A DNA stretch of 64,000 nucleotides from Candidatus Obscuribacteraceae bacterium (GCA_044226015.1 JBGAHS010000005.1:608001-672000); one strand, 5' to 3'; positions 27,976-38,576 are shown, counted from the first letter of the stretch. The notes: generated by a model not told the origin, from the letters alone. A program made the numbers and translations.

Positions 27976-30294
27976 ATGAATAAGAACGGAATTATTCTTG
28001 CAGCAGTTATTCTGCTCACGTTTGCGATCGTCGCAGCTTTTGTATGTCTCAGAAAAGGCAAAATACCAGATGCATCAATCAGCGTTCCTCAGACTCTGAA
28101 AGTTGAATTCGGTGATGCACTCTTTCATTCTTTGCTGAAGGCATCATCCAAGCTAGACTTGACGGCTTCTGGAGTTTTAGCTGCAGAAAAAGCTAGCATC
28201 GAAAAACGTCAAATTCGAGTGGACGATGGAACAGAATTCAGAATATCTGTTTCTGTCGATGTTGCAGATGATGGAGCGATCAATTTAGAAAAGAGCAGGG
28301 GCTTTTTGAGTTTCTCCAAACCTGTTTTTGTTGACGAAATTCCTATGCCTACGAAAATTGAACTGCAAAACTCCCAGGTGCAGTTTGATATGCTCCTCTA
28401 TTGCAGAAAGCTTGTTGGAAGCGTAGTTCAAAGCGTGATGCAAGCGCCAGTTAGTGAATCGGTTGAAAAAAAGCTGCCTCGTCAATTCATTTCTAAACTA
28501 AGCATCCCTGAACTTAACTTGCAACTAAGAGATGGTAGTGAAATCAGTCGTGACGCTAATCATATCAAGATTGGCGATGCTTGTTCAATTCAATTTAAGG
28601 ACATTGTTTTTGCTGAACCGCAAAACTGGAGTGGTCATCTTCTGAGTAACTTGCACTTGCTGAAGGGGTCGGTATTAAAAGAGCAGAACTTGGAGATCGA
28701 ACCTCATAACGAATCATTCATAACTGCCGCTTTGGATGCAGAATCCAGGAATGGGCAACTTCATATTTCTATTCCGAATGGTACCAAAAGTGATACCGTA
28801 ATCGGACCCTTTGACATAAAGCAAATAAAAGAAAAGCAGAGTATAAAGCTAAGCGAGGTAAAACTCTCACTTTCTAAGCTCGATTGTACTTACAACCCGA
28901 ATAATTCCTCTGCAAAGGGAAACGCTGATGGAACTTTGATGGTTGGCGGAGGCTTAAGTTATAGAGATGGTGAAGTAGAACTTCAGAGCGACCCTGCAAA
29001 AGCAATCAATCTTCCCTTTCAATTAGAGCAAGATAAAGGTATTAGCATTTCTAGTGCTAAAGACTGGATTTTGCCAGCAGCCACACTTTCGGACACAAGT
29101 GCTTCTGGTGCAAAAATTAGCATAAGCACAAACTCACTGACACTTCGACCGTTTGAGTTGTCGGCTGCAGGGGTGCCTTCTGTTGATCTTCAAGGTCTCG
29201 AATTTTCACCTCGTTCAATTTCCTATTTCAACGGAAAAACAACTACGTCTGTTGATCTCACTGACTCTAAAGTTGCTACCAGTTCACCGCTCAGTGTGGT
29301 CAGAGACTCCGAAGTTGCGCGCTTCGCTCCAATAAAATTAGATTTTTCAGGAGCCAAAATTGTGGTTCTGCGAGACGCGAACGAGGCAGTGCGTTTTGAC
29401 AAAATTGCTGGATCCATTGAAGGGCGTTCTGACGGTAAGAGAGCAAATATCGACCTCAAACTTGATGCTATTGCCAGTCCCAAGAAAATTGGCTTTGGAA
29501 ACATCGAACTCAAGATTCGTAAAGCCGCAATATCTGGTAGCGAAAAAGAGCAGTCTCTGGCACTAGACGATTGTGCAATCCTGATCGCTAAGTCTGAACT
29601 CGAAAAAACTATAAGCAAGCTGATTCCAGGCGCGATTTCACATTCCATGGACGCTACTTTCAACAAGGAGATTCCGTTGCGATGGAAAAATCCGACCCTG
29701 AAACAAATCGATATTGAGAATCTAAAAGTAGGTTCTATCGACCTGGTAGATAACGGTGCAAATTTCTCTCTTTCAGCAGATGTGAAATTATCTGGTGTTG
29801 TTGATCGTGGGCGGCCGAATCTCAGCCTTGGAATTGGGGGCGGTAAATTGCATTTGCCGCATCCTCGCGCAGGCGTTTCGTATGAAACCAAGCCCTGGAG
29901 TGCGCTTGCAAAACAAGCTAAATGTGATGTGAAAAGCAAATTTTCGTTTGAGCCCGGAAAAAATCTCAGAGAGAGTTTTCTAAATGTTGTGATTGATGCC
30001 GCTCTGCCAGTGCCAGCTGACGTCACTATTGATTGGTCGCAGGTTGATGGAGTTTCCCGAGTAGAGGACTTTCTGGCTGACAAACTTCTTGAGCTTGCGC
30101 GCAGAAAATTTACCGATGGCATACCCATTCATGTGGAGAAAAAGGTTCCACTTATTGCGAAGAAAAATGGGGAATTATCGTTGCTGGGAACCAATGCAGA
30201 TAAGCGGCTAAGCAATTTGACGATATCAAAGCTAAACATAACCCCAGTTGATTCGAAGATAGAGCTGAAAGTTAGTGGCAAGATGAAACTCTAG
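27976..30294 (+). CDS. Hypothetical membrane-anchored beta-rich protein
   Basis: 772-aa ORF with an N-terminal TM helix. Confidence 0.8.
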   Translation: MNKNGIILAAVILLTFAIVAAFVCLRKGKIPDASISVPQTLKVEFGDALFHSLLKASSKLDLTASGVLAAEKASIEKRQIRVDDGTEFRISVSVDVADDGAINLEKSRGFLSFSKPVFVDEIPMPTKIELQNSQVQFDMLLYCRKLVGSVVQSVMQAPVSESVEKKLPRQFISKLSIPELNLQLRDGSEISRDANHIKIGDACSIQFKDIVFAEPQNWSGHLLSNLHLLKGSVLKEQNLEIEPHNESFITAALDAESRNGQLHISIPNGTKSDTVIGPFDIKQIKEKQSIKLSEVKLSLSKLDCTYNPNNSSAKGNADGTLMVGGGLSYRDGEVELQSDPAKAINLPFQLEQDKGISISSAKDWILPAATLSDTSASGAKISISTNSLTLRPFELSAAGVPSVDLQGLEFSPRSISYFNGKTTTSVDLTDSKVATSSPLSVVRDSEVARFAPIKLDFSGAKIVVLRDANEAVRFDKIAGSIEGRSDGKRANIDLKLDAIASPKKIGFGNIELKIRKAAISGSEKEQSLALDDCAILIAKSELEKTISKLIPGAISHSMDATFNKEIPLRWKNPTLKQIDIENLKVGSIDLVDNGANFSLSADVKLSGVVDRGRPNLSLGIGGGKLHLPHPRAGVSYETKPWSALAKQAKCDVKSKFSFEPGKNLRESFLNVVIDAALPVPADVTIDWSQVDGVSRVEDFLADKLLELARRKFTDGIPIHVEKKVPLIAKKNGELSLLGTNADKRLSNLTISKLNITPVDSKIELKVSGKMKL

Positions 30295-30526
30295 GCTCTC
30301 ATAAATCCCTCGAGTTTGGGTGCGAGTTATAGAGAACTGAAACCTAAGTTCTCCCAGTCGGCTTCATTTATCTGAGTCAATTGAATGGCGGCTGTGCACT
30401 TTTTCTGTCATTTTGCTGGTTCGTCCGTTTGATTCAACGCAATTCCTAAGATTAAAGCAATTTTGCGCTTAGGAAATTTTGTCTTCGGGAACGCATTACC
30501 TTGTCGACAAGTTCTTGAGGACAAGT

Positions 30527-31978
30527 ATGACCACCGATGAGCAGACCATTAGTTTGTTGACCGATTGGAGTCGCCTTCTAACTAAGGGAGTCTCAATTAA
30601 AGAGCGGCTTGATCAGGGAAAACGCGTTCGCGAGGTTCTATCGAGAAAAGACCATTCGAAGTGGAGCCCATCGAGGCACCGTGAGCCGACGGTTGACCTG
30701 CTTATGAGTCAAGACACTGGGCGAATTGAAGACCTGGTTCCTATCAAATATGGGCGGATGATGGAATCGCCTTTTGCTTTCTTTCGCGGCGCTGCCATAG
30801 TGATGGCGCATGATCTTGCTTCGATGCCTCGCACTGAATTGATGGTACAACTCTGTGGTGATTGTCATCTGTCTAATTTCGGAGTTTTCGCCACACCAGA
30901 GCGCAATGTGATTTTTGATTTGAATGATTTCGACGAGACCCTCCCAGGTTCCTTTGAGTGGGACATAAAGCGGCTTGCTGCCAGCTTTGTGATAGCTGCG
31001 CAGGACAACGGCTTCTCGCGGTCTGTCGCGGAAAAGAGCGTTCAGATTTTGGCTCGGACATATCGTGAAAAGATGGAAGAGTTTTCGGAGATGAGCACTC
31101 TCGACGTCTGGTATCATCGCATTGATTGGAATTATCTTGTTCAGCACTTGCAACGCTCAGGTAAAAAGGGCTTCGCACTTGCTGATTTGGAGAAACTAAA
31201 GGAAAAACGTAGTCATAGAGGCGCGCTTGCAAAACTCACGGAGAAATTCGATGGCGAGCTGCGAATTCGCGATAGCTTGCCACTGATATTTCATCCCGAT
31301 AAAATTACACTTGACGTGATCAAAGCTATTATGAGTTCTTACTCGAAGAGCTTATGGCAATCCAGGCGCCGCTTATTAGAGCGCTATCGTTTTGTTGATG
31401 CTGCTGTCAAAGTCGTTGGCGTTGGAAGCGTCGGTGTACTTGCTGCAGTGATGCTTCTTCATGGTGAAGGTGGCGATGACGATTACATTTTCTTGCAGTT
31501 AAAGCAGGCACTACCATCGGTGTTTGAATGGCACGTCGGTAAAAGCGAATTCTCTCACCCCGGAGAGCGAATCGTATGTGGTCAGCGCATTTTGCAATCC
31601 GCGTCCGATATGTTTCTAGGTTGGGCAAGTGGACCCGTTCGTGATTTCTATGTTCGGCAATTGATGGATGTGAAATCTTCAATTCCTGTGAGCGATCTTG
31701 ATCAACAATCATTTAAGAAGTACGCGGAGATTTGTGCCTACGCGCTGGCTCGGGCGCATGCGCGAACTGGCGACCCGATTCAGTTATATGGTTATCTTGG
31801 GCGCAGCGAGATGTTCGATGAGGCACTTGTGAACTTTGCTTTCGCTTACGCAAAGCAAAATGAAAAAGATTACGAGGCACTTGTGAAAGGAATCAAGGCG
31901 GGGAAGATCCGAGCGGTTCCAGAGGAAGAGCTGAAGCAGCCTACCATTCATTTCGAGAGAGGGCTGGGACAGCATTAA
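30527..31978 (+). CDS. DUF2252 family protein
   Basis: GRM.ESPFAFFRGAA, CGDCHLSNFG, DLNDFDE, KVVGVGSVG, ALARAHAR. Confidence 0.92.
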   Translation: MTTDEQTISLLTDWSRLLTKGVSIKERLDQGKRVREVLSRKDHSKWSPSRHREPTVDLLMSQDTGRIEDLVPIKYGRMMESPFAFFRGAAIVMAHDLASMPRTELMVQLCGDCHLSNFGVFATPERNVIFDLNDFDETLPGSFEWDIKRLAASFVIAAQDNGFSRSVAEKSVQILARTYREKMEEFSEMSTLDVWYHRIDWNYLVQHLQRSGKKGFALADLEKLKEKRSHRGALAKLTEKFDGELRIRDSLPLIFHPDKITLDVIKAIMSSYSKSLWQSRRRLLERYRFVDAAVKVVGVGSVGVLAAVMLLHGEGGDDDYIFLQLKQALPSVFEWHVGKSEFSHPGERIVCGQRILQSASDMFLGWASGPVRDFYVRQLMDVKSSIPVSDLDQQSFKKYAEICAYALARAHARTGDPIQLYGYLGRSEMFDEALVNFAFAYAKQNEKDYEALVKGIKAGKIRAVPEEELKQPTIHFERGLGQH

Positions 31979-32106
31979 CTGTGGAGAATGGCATTACCAT
32001 TCTTGTCCGCATCGAGAAATTAAAGCAGATGAACCGACGTTATCGATTCATCTGCTATCTTGCGCCAATCAAGTCTGTTTAGTGTTGTTACTCAATCGTT
32101 GTCGCC

Positions 32107-32240
32107 ATCATTGTCGCTACTGGATCATCCCCGCTACTGGATCATCGCCGCTACTGGATCATCGCCGCTACTGGATCACCGTCGCTACTGGATCATCGAC
32201 GCTACTGGATCATTGTCGCTACTGGATCACCGTCGCTACT
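32107..32240. repeat. Tandem repeat, 17-bp unit CGCTACTGGATCAYYGY, about 8 copies
   Basis: Unit starts every 17 nt from 32115 to 32234; the last copy contains the stop codon of ORF 32236..33303. Confidence 0.9.
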
Positions 32241-33303
32241 CTTTCTTGAGCAATTCTCGAATGTCGTCCCATTTGTATTCCCGCGGATTTGCGATTCTAA
32301 TTGGCGCATGAATCTCTGATTTCACGCGGGTTCTGATATCCTTACTTAAAGACATTCGGTCTTCCTCTTGTCCGCCTTTCGATTTCAATGAAAGGTCCAT
32401 AGAAATGCCATCTTTTTTAGTTGTGATTTTCTGAGGATAGTAGTATATGTCCAGGTTCCTGTCCTTAGGCATTGGATGGTGAATCTCTGTGCTTTCTGAT
32501 GTCCATTGTCCGATCTTTCCATCTAGCTTCATGCCGCTCGGCTCCAGCTTTTTGTTAATCGCGGCAACTAGTTTTTCGAAGGACTCCTTCCCTGCCAAAC
32601 CCGCTTCCTCGAACATCTTTTGCATTCTTTCTTTTTTTGGACCATAAGCAAAGTCAGTGTTTCGCACCAGTATGGTGGCAATGTCGCTGGCGTATTTTTC
32701 TATTGTGGCGTCTTCAAGTTTCTTGCCGGGATCTACTTTGTCGGTTACCGTCCACTCATCTTTGCCTTCTGGCTTTATGTTTAACAGCTTGAGCAAATCA
32801 AGAAGGGAGTCGTCACTGCTTTTTGGTTTCTCTGAACTCGGCAGCTCATCAGAATTTCTTGTGACCTGTTTAGACGGCGGATACATCGATGCATCTGCAT
32901 ACGGTAGAGGCTCGTTGGAAAGGTCCTTTGTTCCCGTCAGATTGAGACTCTTGAACAGCTCTTTAATGCTGGGAATTTCCGTAAGTGCTCTACTTCGCGA
33001 TTTTCCGTTGGTCGGTGACGCTGCGTCTTCTTCCTTGCGATCTTTAGATGTTTTTGGCAATCCTCTGTCATCAACGAAAGGAGGATACATAGACGCATCA
33101 GCATAAGGTAGTGGTGGCAGCTCTTTCTTTTGCGGGTTCTTCTCAACGGGGCTTTCGCTCGCCGTTTTCGTTTTTTGATTTCCTGATGGAGGCGCCGCAA
33201 AAATTTCCTTAGATATGCACGAAAATATATCTTCCGGCTTCTGATTGCGCTCATCCGTGTCTTCTGTATTTCTCAGTGCTGGTGAATTATCGACTTCTCT
33301 CAT
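32236..33303 (-). CDS. Hypothetical protein, paralog of 54158..55012
   Basis: Shared I..YA..IA.I...N.DFAYG...E...AG.ESF.KL...N..LE..G.K..GK; internal PLPYADASMYPP twice. Confidence 0.8.
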   Translation of the reverse strand: MREVDNSPALRNTEDTDERNQKPEDIFSCISKEIFAAPPSGNQKTKTASESPVEKNPQKKELPPLPYADASMYPPFVDDRGLPKTSKDRKEEDAASPTNGKSRSRALTEIPSIKELFKSLNLTGTKDLSNEPLPYADASMYPPSKQVTRNSDELPSSEKPKSSDDSLLDLLKLLNIKPEGKDEWTVTDKVDPGKKLEDATIEKYASDIATILVRNTDFAYGPKKERMQKMFEEAGLAGKESFEKLVAAINKKLEPSGMKLDGKIGQWTSESTEIHHPMPKDRNLDIYYYPQKITTKKDGISMDLSLKSKGGQEEDRMSLSKDIRTRVKSEIHAPIRIANPREYKWDDIRELLKKE

Positions 33304-33528
33304 TCTTGCGCTCCTTCTAAGTCAGATCCGCGTGCGCGGATACTTTCAATTAGCGCAATCAACTCGATGAACTGTAATACACTTTTTTTTCAAGAAATAG
33401 ACTGCGCAAGTCCGCAAATCTCTATCAGTAATACGACAGCAGTATTTTGATATTGTCTTGTGATATTCGCTTGTTACAATAGAGAGAGATTTCGGCGCGA
33501 TGGCGTTTGAAGCAATGGAGAATTCAGT

Positions 33529-33969
33529 TTGCACAGCGGCGCCATACCATTAGTAATTTGTTTCTTCCTCCTGCCGCTAATGCGCTTTCTGACTCGTGCC
33601 GCAGAAGCCGATAAAATTATGAATTTCGGCAAGAAGCCATCTCCAAGGGTGATGAAGCTAGATTTGGAAACGTTTCCCTATGCGATGGGTTTGATAATTC
33701 TGGCGATTATGGCTTTTCTTGCGGCTCCCGTTACCGCCATGGTGATAGTTGCATATGCCGCACGGCGCGCTGTCTTCTTGTTAGTTTGGGCTTGCAAGAA
33801 GATGATGCTGAAGGAAAAGGCGCCAGCAAAGCTGCAAGCCGCAATTCCTATGAAATTATTTGCTGCTGGGGTCGCACTTCTGGTTTGTTGCGGATTTGCA
33901 GTTTATTCCTGTTATTGGCTCGAAACAACAAAGTTTGATTCGACGCCTCCGATGCTTTATCGCACGTAA
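33529..33969 (+). CDS. Hypothetical membrane protein (start uncertain)
   Basis: ORF with 2-3 hydrophobic segments. Confidence 0.5.
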   Translation: MHSGAIPLVICFFLLPLMRFLTRAAEADKIMNFGKKPSPRVMKLDLETFPYAMGLIILAIMAFLAAPVTAMVIVAYAARRAVFLLVWACKKMMLKEKAPAKLQAAIPMKLFAAGVALLVCCGFAVYSCYWLETTKFDSTPPMLYRT

Positions 33970-34126
33970 AAGTGAGTGCCCAATTAAAGTGGGTCTGCGA
34001 AAGCTAGCGAAAAAGGCAAACTGGTCGGAATTAAATGATGAATCCTTCTGAAAAGATAGAGCAAAGAATGACAATCTGGGCAAATCTTGTGTAGTATCAC
34101 AATTTCTAAAGTGGCAACGAGACAAG

Positions 34127-36460
34127 ATGGAACTGAAAGCAAGCCCAGGCAAGAGTTATCCCTTAGGGTGCACCATCATGCCTGATGGTGTTAATTTCGT
34201 AGTCTATGCAAAAAGAGCTGACTATCTTGAGCTGCTACTTTTTGACAACGAAGATAGCGATGCGCCCTCTGCTGTATACAAACTCAGCGCCGAGGAGAAC
34301 CTTACCTCGAACTACTGGCACGTTTTCATTGCTGGGTGCAAAGCAAATCAGCACTATGGCTGGCGTGCTTATGGTCCATATGAGCCTGAGCAGGGGCTAT
34401 TGTACGATGCTCACAAAATACTTATTGACCCGTATGCACGCGGTGTTGTTGGATGGAAAAACTACTCCAGAGATGCAGCAATGGTGCCAGGCGATAACTG
34501 TGCGAACGCATTGAAGTCCGTGGTGCTTGATACCAGTCTTTATGATTGGGAGCATGACCGCCCGCCTGCGATTCCTTTCTCAGAAACGATCATATATGAA
34601 ATGCATCCTGCAGGATTTACGCTTAATCCTAACTCCGGATTGCGAGAAGACATTCGCGGAACCTTTGCGGGAATCATCGAGCAAATTCCGTATTTGAAAT
34701 CGCTTGGTGTCACTACGGTAGAGTTGATGCCGGTTCATACTTTCGATAAGTTTGACGCGCCGATTGGGCGTACAAATTACTGGGGCTATAGCCCTATCAA
34801 CTTCTTTTCGCCGCACATGGCATATAGTTCAAAGCGCACAGCCATTGAAGCTGCTGATGAATTTAGAGATATGGTGAAGGCGTTTCATAAAAACAAAATC
34901 GAAGTGATTCTCGATGTTGTGTTCAATCACACTGGAGAAGGGGGAGCTGCAGGACCCATTTTGTCCTTCAAGGGACTCGATAATCTGACCTATTACACGC
35001 TCGATGAAAATGACTTTTCGTATCAGGACTTTAGCGGTTGCGGTAATTCCTTGAGGTCCGAACATCCAATTGTTGGACAGTTGATTCTCGACTCTTTGAG
35101 GTATTGGGTCTCAGAGATGCATGTTGATGGTTTTCGTTTTGATCTTGCATCTGTTCTTTCTCGTGATCTCTTTGGCAAGCCAGCTGAGCGACCTCCGGTA
35201 CTCTGGGCAATTGAGTCAGATCCTATTCTTGCATCCTCAAAATTGATTCTCGAAGCCTGGGACCCAGCCGGACTTTATCAGGTTGGTTGGTATGTAAGGC
35301 GTTCCAATAGATTCGCTGAATGGAACGGACCATTTCGAGATGATGTTAGAAAATTTGTCAGAGGTGACTCGAATTCTGTTTATTCTCTATCGCAAAGAAT
35401 CAGTGGAAGCAAAGACATTTATGGGAAGAGCGATTGGGACCCTGCAAGAAGCATTCACTTTATCACCTGCCATGATGGATTCACTTTGAATGATGTCGTT
35501 AGTTACAATCAGAAGCACAACGAAGCAAATGGTGAAGACAACAGAGACGGCAGCAACGAAAATTTCAGTTGGAACTGCGGCGTCGAGGGTCCGACAGATG
35601 ACGAAGAAGTTGAAGCGCTGAGGATTCAGCAAATCAAGAATATGCTGACGATTTTGTTTCTTGCGCCGGGTACTCCGATGCTCTCAATGGGTGATGAACT
35701 GCGAAGAACGGCGCGGGGTAACAATAATGCATACTGTCAGAACAGTGAGCTGAGCTGGTTCGATTGGAGTCAACGTTCGACCAATCGTGAGACATTCTTG
35801 TTTACGAGAAATTTGATTGCATTGCGCAAGATGCTTGGGCTTTATAAGAAGAACTATTTGTGGCAAGAGAGCGATGGTGATGGTCGGCATGCTCGCGGTG
35901 ATAATCCTAAGTCGGTGAGCGGTAGGTATGCACGAGCTGCTTCTGATAATGTAAGCTCCGCGGGTGGTGCGCGTGCTCAAGGTAGTGGTGCAAATGCTGC
36001 TGATGGTGAGCATGCTCAAACTGGTCCTAACTTCAACTCAGTGGACTCAGAACCGATGACTTTACTAAAGTGGCATGGTGTGAAGCTTGACCATCCAGAT
36101 GTTTATCCTCAGTCTCACAGTCTTGCTATGGAACTAAAAGACACTAGAAACTTTGAGCACCTGTATGCTGCATTCAATGCTTATTGGGAGCCACTTGAGT
36201 TTGAACTTCCACATCCTCTCAAAGGTGATACCTGGCAGAAAGTTGTTGACACATCAATGTTGAATCTCAACGAGATCAGACATTCTGATGCGATGATTGT
36301 TTCCACGTCGAAGCTAGTCGTACAAGCGCGTTCTACGATTGTACTAGTGAATTCGAATACGCTGATTGCCGATGGAACCAAACTGGTTAAGGCTGGTGCT
36401 TCGATAAGCCGCCCCGATATGAAGATCACCTGGACGGCACCGAAGCCTGATTTCGACTAA
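34127..36460 (+). CDS. glgX: Glycogen debranching enzyme / isoamylase (GH13)
   Basis: NYWGY, DVVFNH, DGFRFDLA, CHDGFTL, NNAYCQ. Confidence 0.95.
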   Translation: MELKASPGKSYPLGCTIMPDGVNFVVYAKRADYLELLLFDNEDSDAPSAVYKLSAEENLTSNYWHVFIAGCKANQHYGWRAYGPYEPEQGLLYDAHKILIDPYARGVVGWKNYSRDAAMVPGDNCANALKSVVLDTSLYDWEHDRPPAIPFSETIIYEMHPAGFTLNPNSGLREDIRGTFAGIIEQIPYLKSLGVTTVELMPVHTFDKFDAPIGRTNYWGYSPINFFSPHMAYSSKRTAIEAADEFRDMVKAFHKNKIEVILDVVFNHTGEGGAAGPILSFKGLDNLTYYTLDENDFSYQDFSGCGNSLRSEHPIVGQLILDSLRYWVSEMHVDGFRFDLASVLSRDLFGKPAERPPVLWAIESDPILASSKLILEAWDPAGLYQVGWYVRRSNRFAEWNGPFRDDVRKFVRGDSNSVYSLSQRISGSKDIYGKSDWDPARSIHFITCHDGFTLNDVVSYNQKHNEANGEDNRDGSNENFSWNCGVEGPTDDEEVEALRIQQIKNMLTILFLAPGTPMLSMGDELRRTARGNNNAYCQNSELSWFDWSQRSTNRETFLFTRNLIALRKMLGLYKKNYLWQESDGDGRHARGDNPKSVSGRYARAASDNVSSAGGARAQGSGANAADGEHAQTGPNFNSVDSEPMTLLKWHGVKLDHPDVYPQSHSLAMELKDTRNFEHLYAAFNAYWEPLEFELPHPLKGDTWQKVVDTSMLNLNEIRHSDAMIVSTSKLVVQARSTIVLVNSNTLIADGTKLVKAGASISRPDMKITWTAPKPDFD

Positions 36461-36580
36461 TCCATTAGAAGCAAGTTAACTTCGTGCTACGAACTTGACC
36501 AACCATCACTGGTGGTGAGTCCGACTCTCGAAGAGCAATTCTCCTCTATCTCAGAGCTGCCGCCGTAAGATAGTCCATCT

Positions 36581-37018
36581 TTAGGCGCTGGGTACAGCAT
36601 TTACTGCGACTCCTAACCGTTTCATAGCAGCAACAATTTTGTCCCAGCTTTGCTTGCGGTAAATCTTGCTTGCTTTTGTCCCAGCAGAGAGTCCACTTTC
36701 CGTGAGAATTATTACTCGTCCGTATGGCCATGAGGATACAGGCAAGCTAACAAGAAAATTCTCAATTCCTTCAGGCTTCAGTTCCTTGTGTTTTTGCCTA
36801 CTGTTCCAGCTGACAGCCACAGTATTGTCGTAAATTGTTATAGACGGATTGCTCCACTTCTCGGGAGGAACACGCGCTACCTTCTCTAACGAAGCTGCTT
36901 TGATCTCAGGATTTAGAACCATTACTTGGTCTCTCCCTTCACTTGGCTCTGCTACAAAGAAAAGGAACGCTATGAGTATGAGCACGGTCATGTCCATGTG
37001 TTTCATAAAGAACCTCAA
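36581..37018 (-). CDS. Hypothetical exported protein
   Basis: Signal-like hydrophobic N-terminus; 145 aa. Confidence 0.6.
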   Translation of the reverse strand: MRFFMKHMDMTVLILIAFLFFVAEPSEGRDQVMVLNPEIKAASLEKVARVPPEKWSNPSITIYDNTVAVSWNSRQKHKELKPEGIENFLVSLPVSSWPYGRVIILTESGLSAGTKASKIYRKQSWDKIVAAMKRLGVAVNAVPSA

Positions 37019-37103
37019 CTTTGATAGTACCAGTTATATTAGTCGAACTGCGTATAGTTTGTATCTAGGAATCACCCTAAGATCATCTGATCATGGCGGC
37101 TTC

Positions 37104-38369
37104 TCATTCCAATAGCTCTCTTCCATTCAGATATGGTCGCAACGCTGCTGGAATGTATATGCTGCCATCGGCTTGTTGATGATTCTCAAGAAAGGGAATC
37201 AGTATGCGCGGTGAAGCAATTGCAGTGTTATTCAATGTGTGTGCGAATCGCTTTTTACCATTCTCATCGATGAACTTAATTCCCATGCGCCTGGCTTGAA
37301 AGTCGTTCATAGTTGAGCATGAATGCGTTTCTCCGTATGCATTTCGGCTCGGCATCCATGTTTCAATGTCGTGTTTGCGAACCTGTCCCTGACCAAGGTC
37401 ACCTGTGCAAACCGCGACAATTCTGTAGGGGAATTCTAGCGCTTGCAATATTTCCTCAGCATTCAACAGTAATTCGTCGTGGAGTAATCTGGTTTGTGCT
37501 GGGTCGTTAGTTGCAATAATGACTTGCTCTACCTTTTGAAACTGGTGCACTCGGTAAAGCCCACGTGTGTCTTTGCCTGCTGCCCCCGCCTCACGGCGAA
37601 AGCAAGTTGAGATGCCAGCCATTTTAAGTGGCAGTTCCTCGGGCTTATAAGTGTTGTTTGCTCTCATGGCTACTAGCGGAACCTCTGCAGTTCCCGCCAA
37701 ATAGTATTGGTCACGCTCAAGAGCATACGCGTTTTCTGCTCCCAGTGGAAAATAGCCTGTACCAGTCATTGCGTTTTCACGCACCAAAAGTGGTGGTACC
37801 ACAAGTTGAAATCCTTTCTCTATCAATCTATCAACGGCAAATCGCATGAGTGCCATCTCTAACAGAGCACCAAAGCCGGTGAGCGCATAAGCTCTCGCTC
37901 CTGCAAAGCTTCGAATGTTTTCGAATTCTGCGAGCTTATGTCGCTGCGCTAGTGTTAGGTGGTCTTGCAGTTCAAAGTTAGCTAACCTGGGCGTTCTCCA
38001 TTTGCGAAGCTCCAGATTCTCCGTGACATCTGCACCATCTGGGGTGTCATCCGTTGGAATGCTGGGAACACGCAAGAGTTCAATGTCTAATCTGACTTGG
38101 TTTTGTCTGAGTTGTCTTTCCTTTTCCTCAAGTTCCTCAGCTAATTGACGTGCATTCTCTATGTGCTTTTCTCGCTCTTCGCCGAGCAATCCTTTCGTAA
38201 TTTCTGCCCGTCGATTGCGTTCTTCACGCAGTTTCTCAATGTCTGCGCGCTGTTGGCGACATTGTTTGTCCAATTGGACTATCAGTTCAATGTCAACCTC
38301 TATTCGCTTCCGCCTGGCAGCATCAGCGAATAGCTGTGGCGTTGTTCTTATGGCGTTTATATCTATCAT
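37104..38369 (-). CDS. serS: Serine--tRNA ligase
   Basis: GTAEVP, CFRREAG, RGLYRVHQF.KVEQ, ETHSCS, HTLNNTA. Confidence 0.96.
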   Translation of the reverse strand: MIDINAIRTTPQLFADAARRKRIEVDIELIVQLDKQCRQQRADIEKLREERNRRAEITKGLLGEEREKHIENARQLAEELEEKERQLRQNQVRLDIELLRVPSIPTDDTPDGADVTENLELRKWRTPRLANFELQDHLTLAQRHKLAEFENIRSFAGARAYALTGFGALLEMALMRFAVDRLIEKGFQLVVPPLLVRENAMTGTGYFPLGAENAYALERDQYYLAGTAEVPLVAMRANNTYKPEELPLKMAGISTCFRREAGAAGKDTRGLYRVHQFQKVEQVIIATNDPAQTRLLHDELLLNAEEILQALEFPYRIVAVCTGDLGQGQVRKHDIETWMPSRNAYGETHSCSTMNDFQARRMGIKFIDENGKKRFAHTLNNTAIASPRILIPFLENHQQADGSIYIPAALRPYLNGRELLE

Positions 38370-38408
38370 AACTTCTCTCCTTGAATTTTCTGCAAGACAA
38401 GGACCGCC

Positions 38409-38443
38409 AAAAACAAAAACAGCGAGCCTTGTGTGGCGCGCTG
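38409..38443 (-). terminator. Attenuator terminator in the serS leader
   Basis: Minus strand cagcgcgcc-acacaa-ggctcgctg followed by TTTTTGTTTTT. Confidence 0.75.
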
Positions 38444-38494
38444 AATATCGTTACTCTAATGTCCGTTAGAACTGCACGTAATCGCTCGCCTTCG

Positions 38495-38542
38495 TTATTT
38501 CGAAGACGACGAGGAAAATTGTAGGTGTGCAAATTTGTCCAT
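38495..38542 (-). CDS. serS leader peptide MDKFAHLQFSSSSSK
   Basis: Five consecutive Ser codons (TCC TCG TCG TCT TCG) upstream of a terminator and serS. Confidence 0.75.
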   Translation of the reverse strand: MDKFAHLQFSSSSSK

Positions 38543-38548
38543 AATCTC

Positions 38549-38576
38549 AGTATATGTGTGTTTCAGTTTGAGTCAA
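38549..38576 (-). promoter_or_regulatory. Sigma70-type promoter of the serS leader
   Basis: TTGACT-N16-TATACT, ending 6 nt before the leader ATG (leaderless start). Confidence 0.65.

Noticed and set aside
29223..30128. Long antisense ORFs (29223..30128, 11495..12124, 50237..50839 and similar)
   Set aside because: Shadow frames fully overlapping better-supported genes on the opposite strand.
32107..32240. 17-bp array as a CRISPR array or iterons
   Set aside because: Head-to-tail units without spacers, and no rep or cas gene nearby.
37072..37086. Additional TCAC-N7-TCAT box
   Set aside because: No -10 hexamer at the 11-nt spacing and no downstream plus-strand gene; probably chance.
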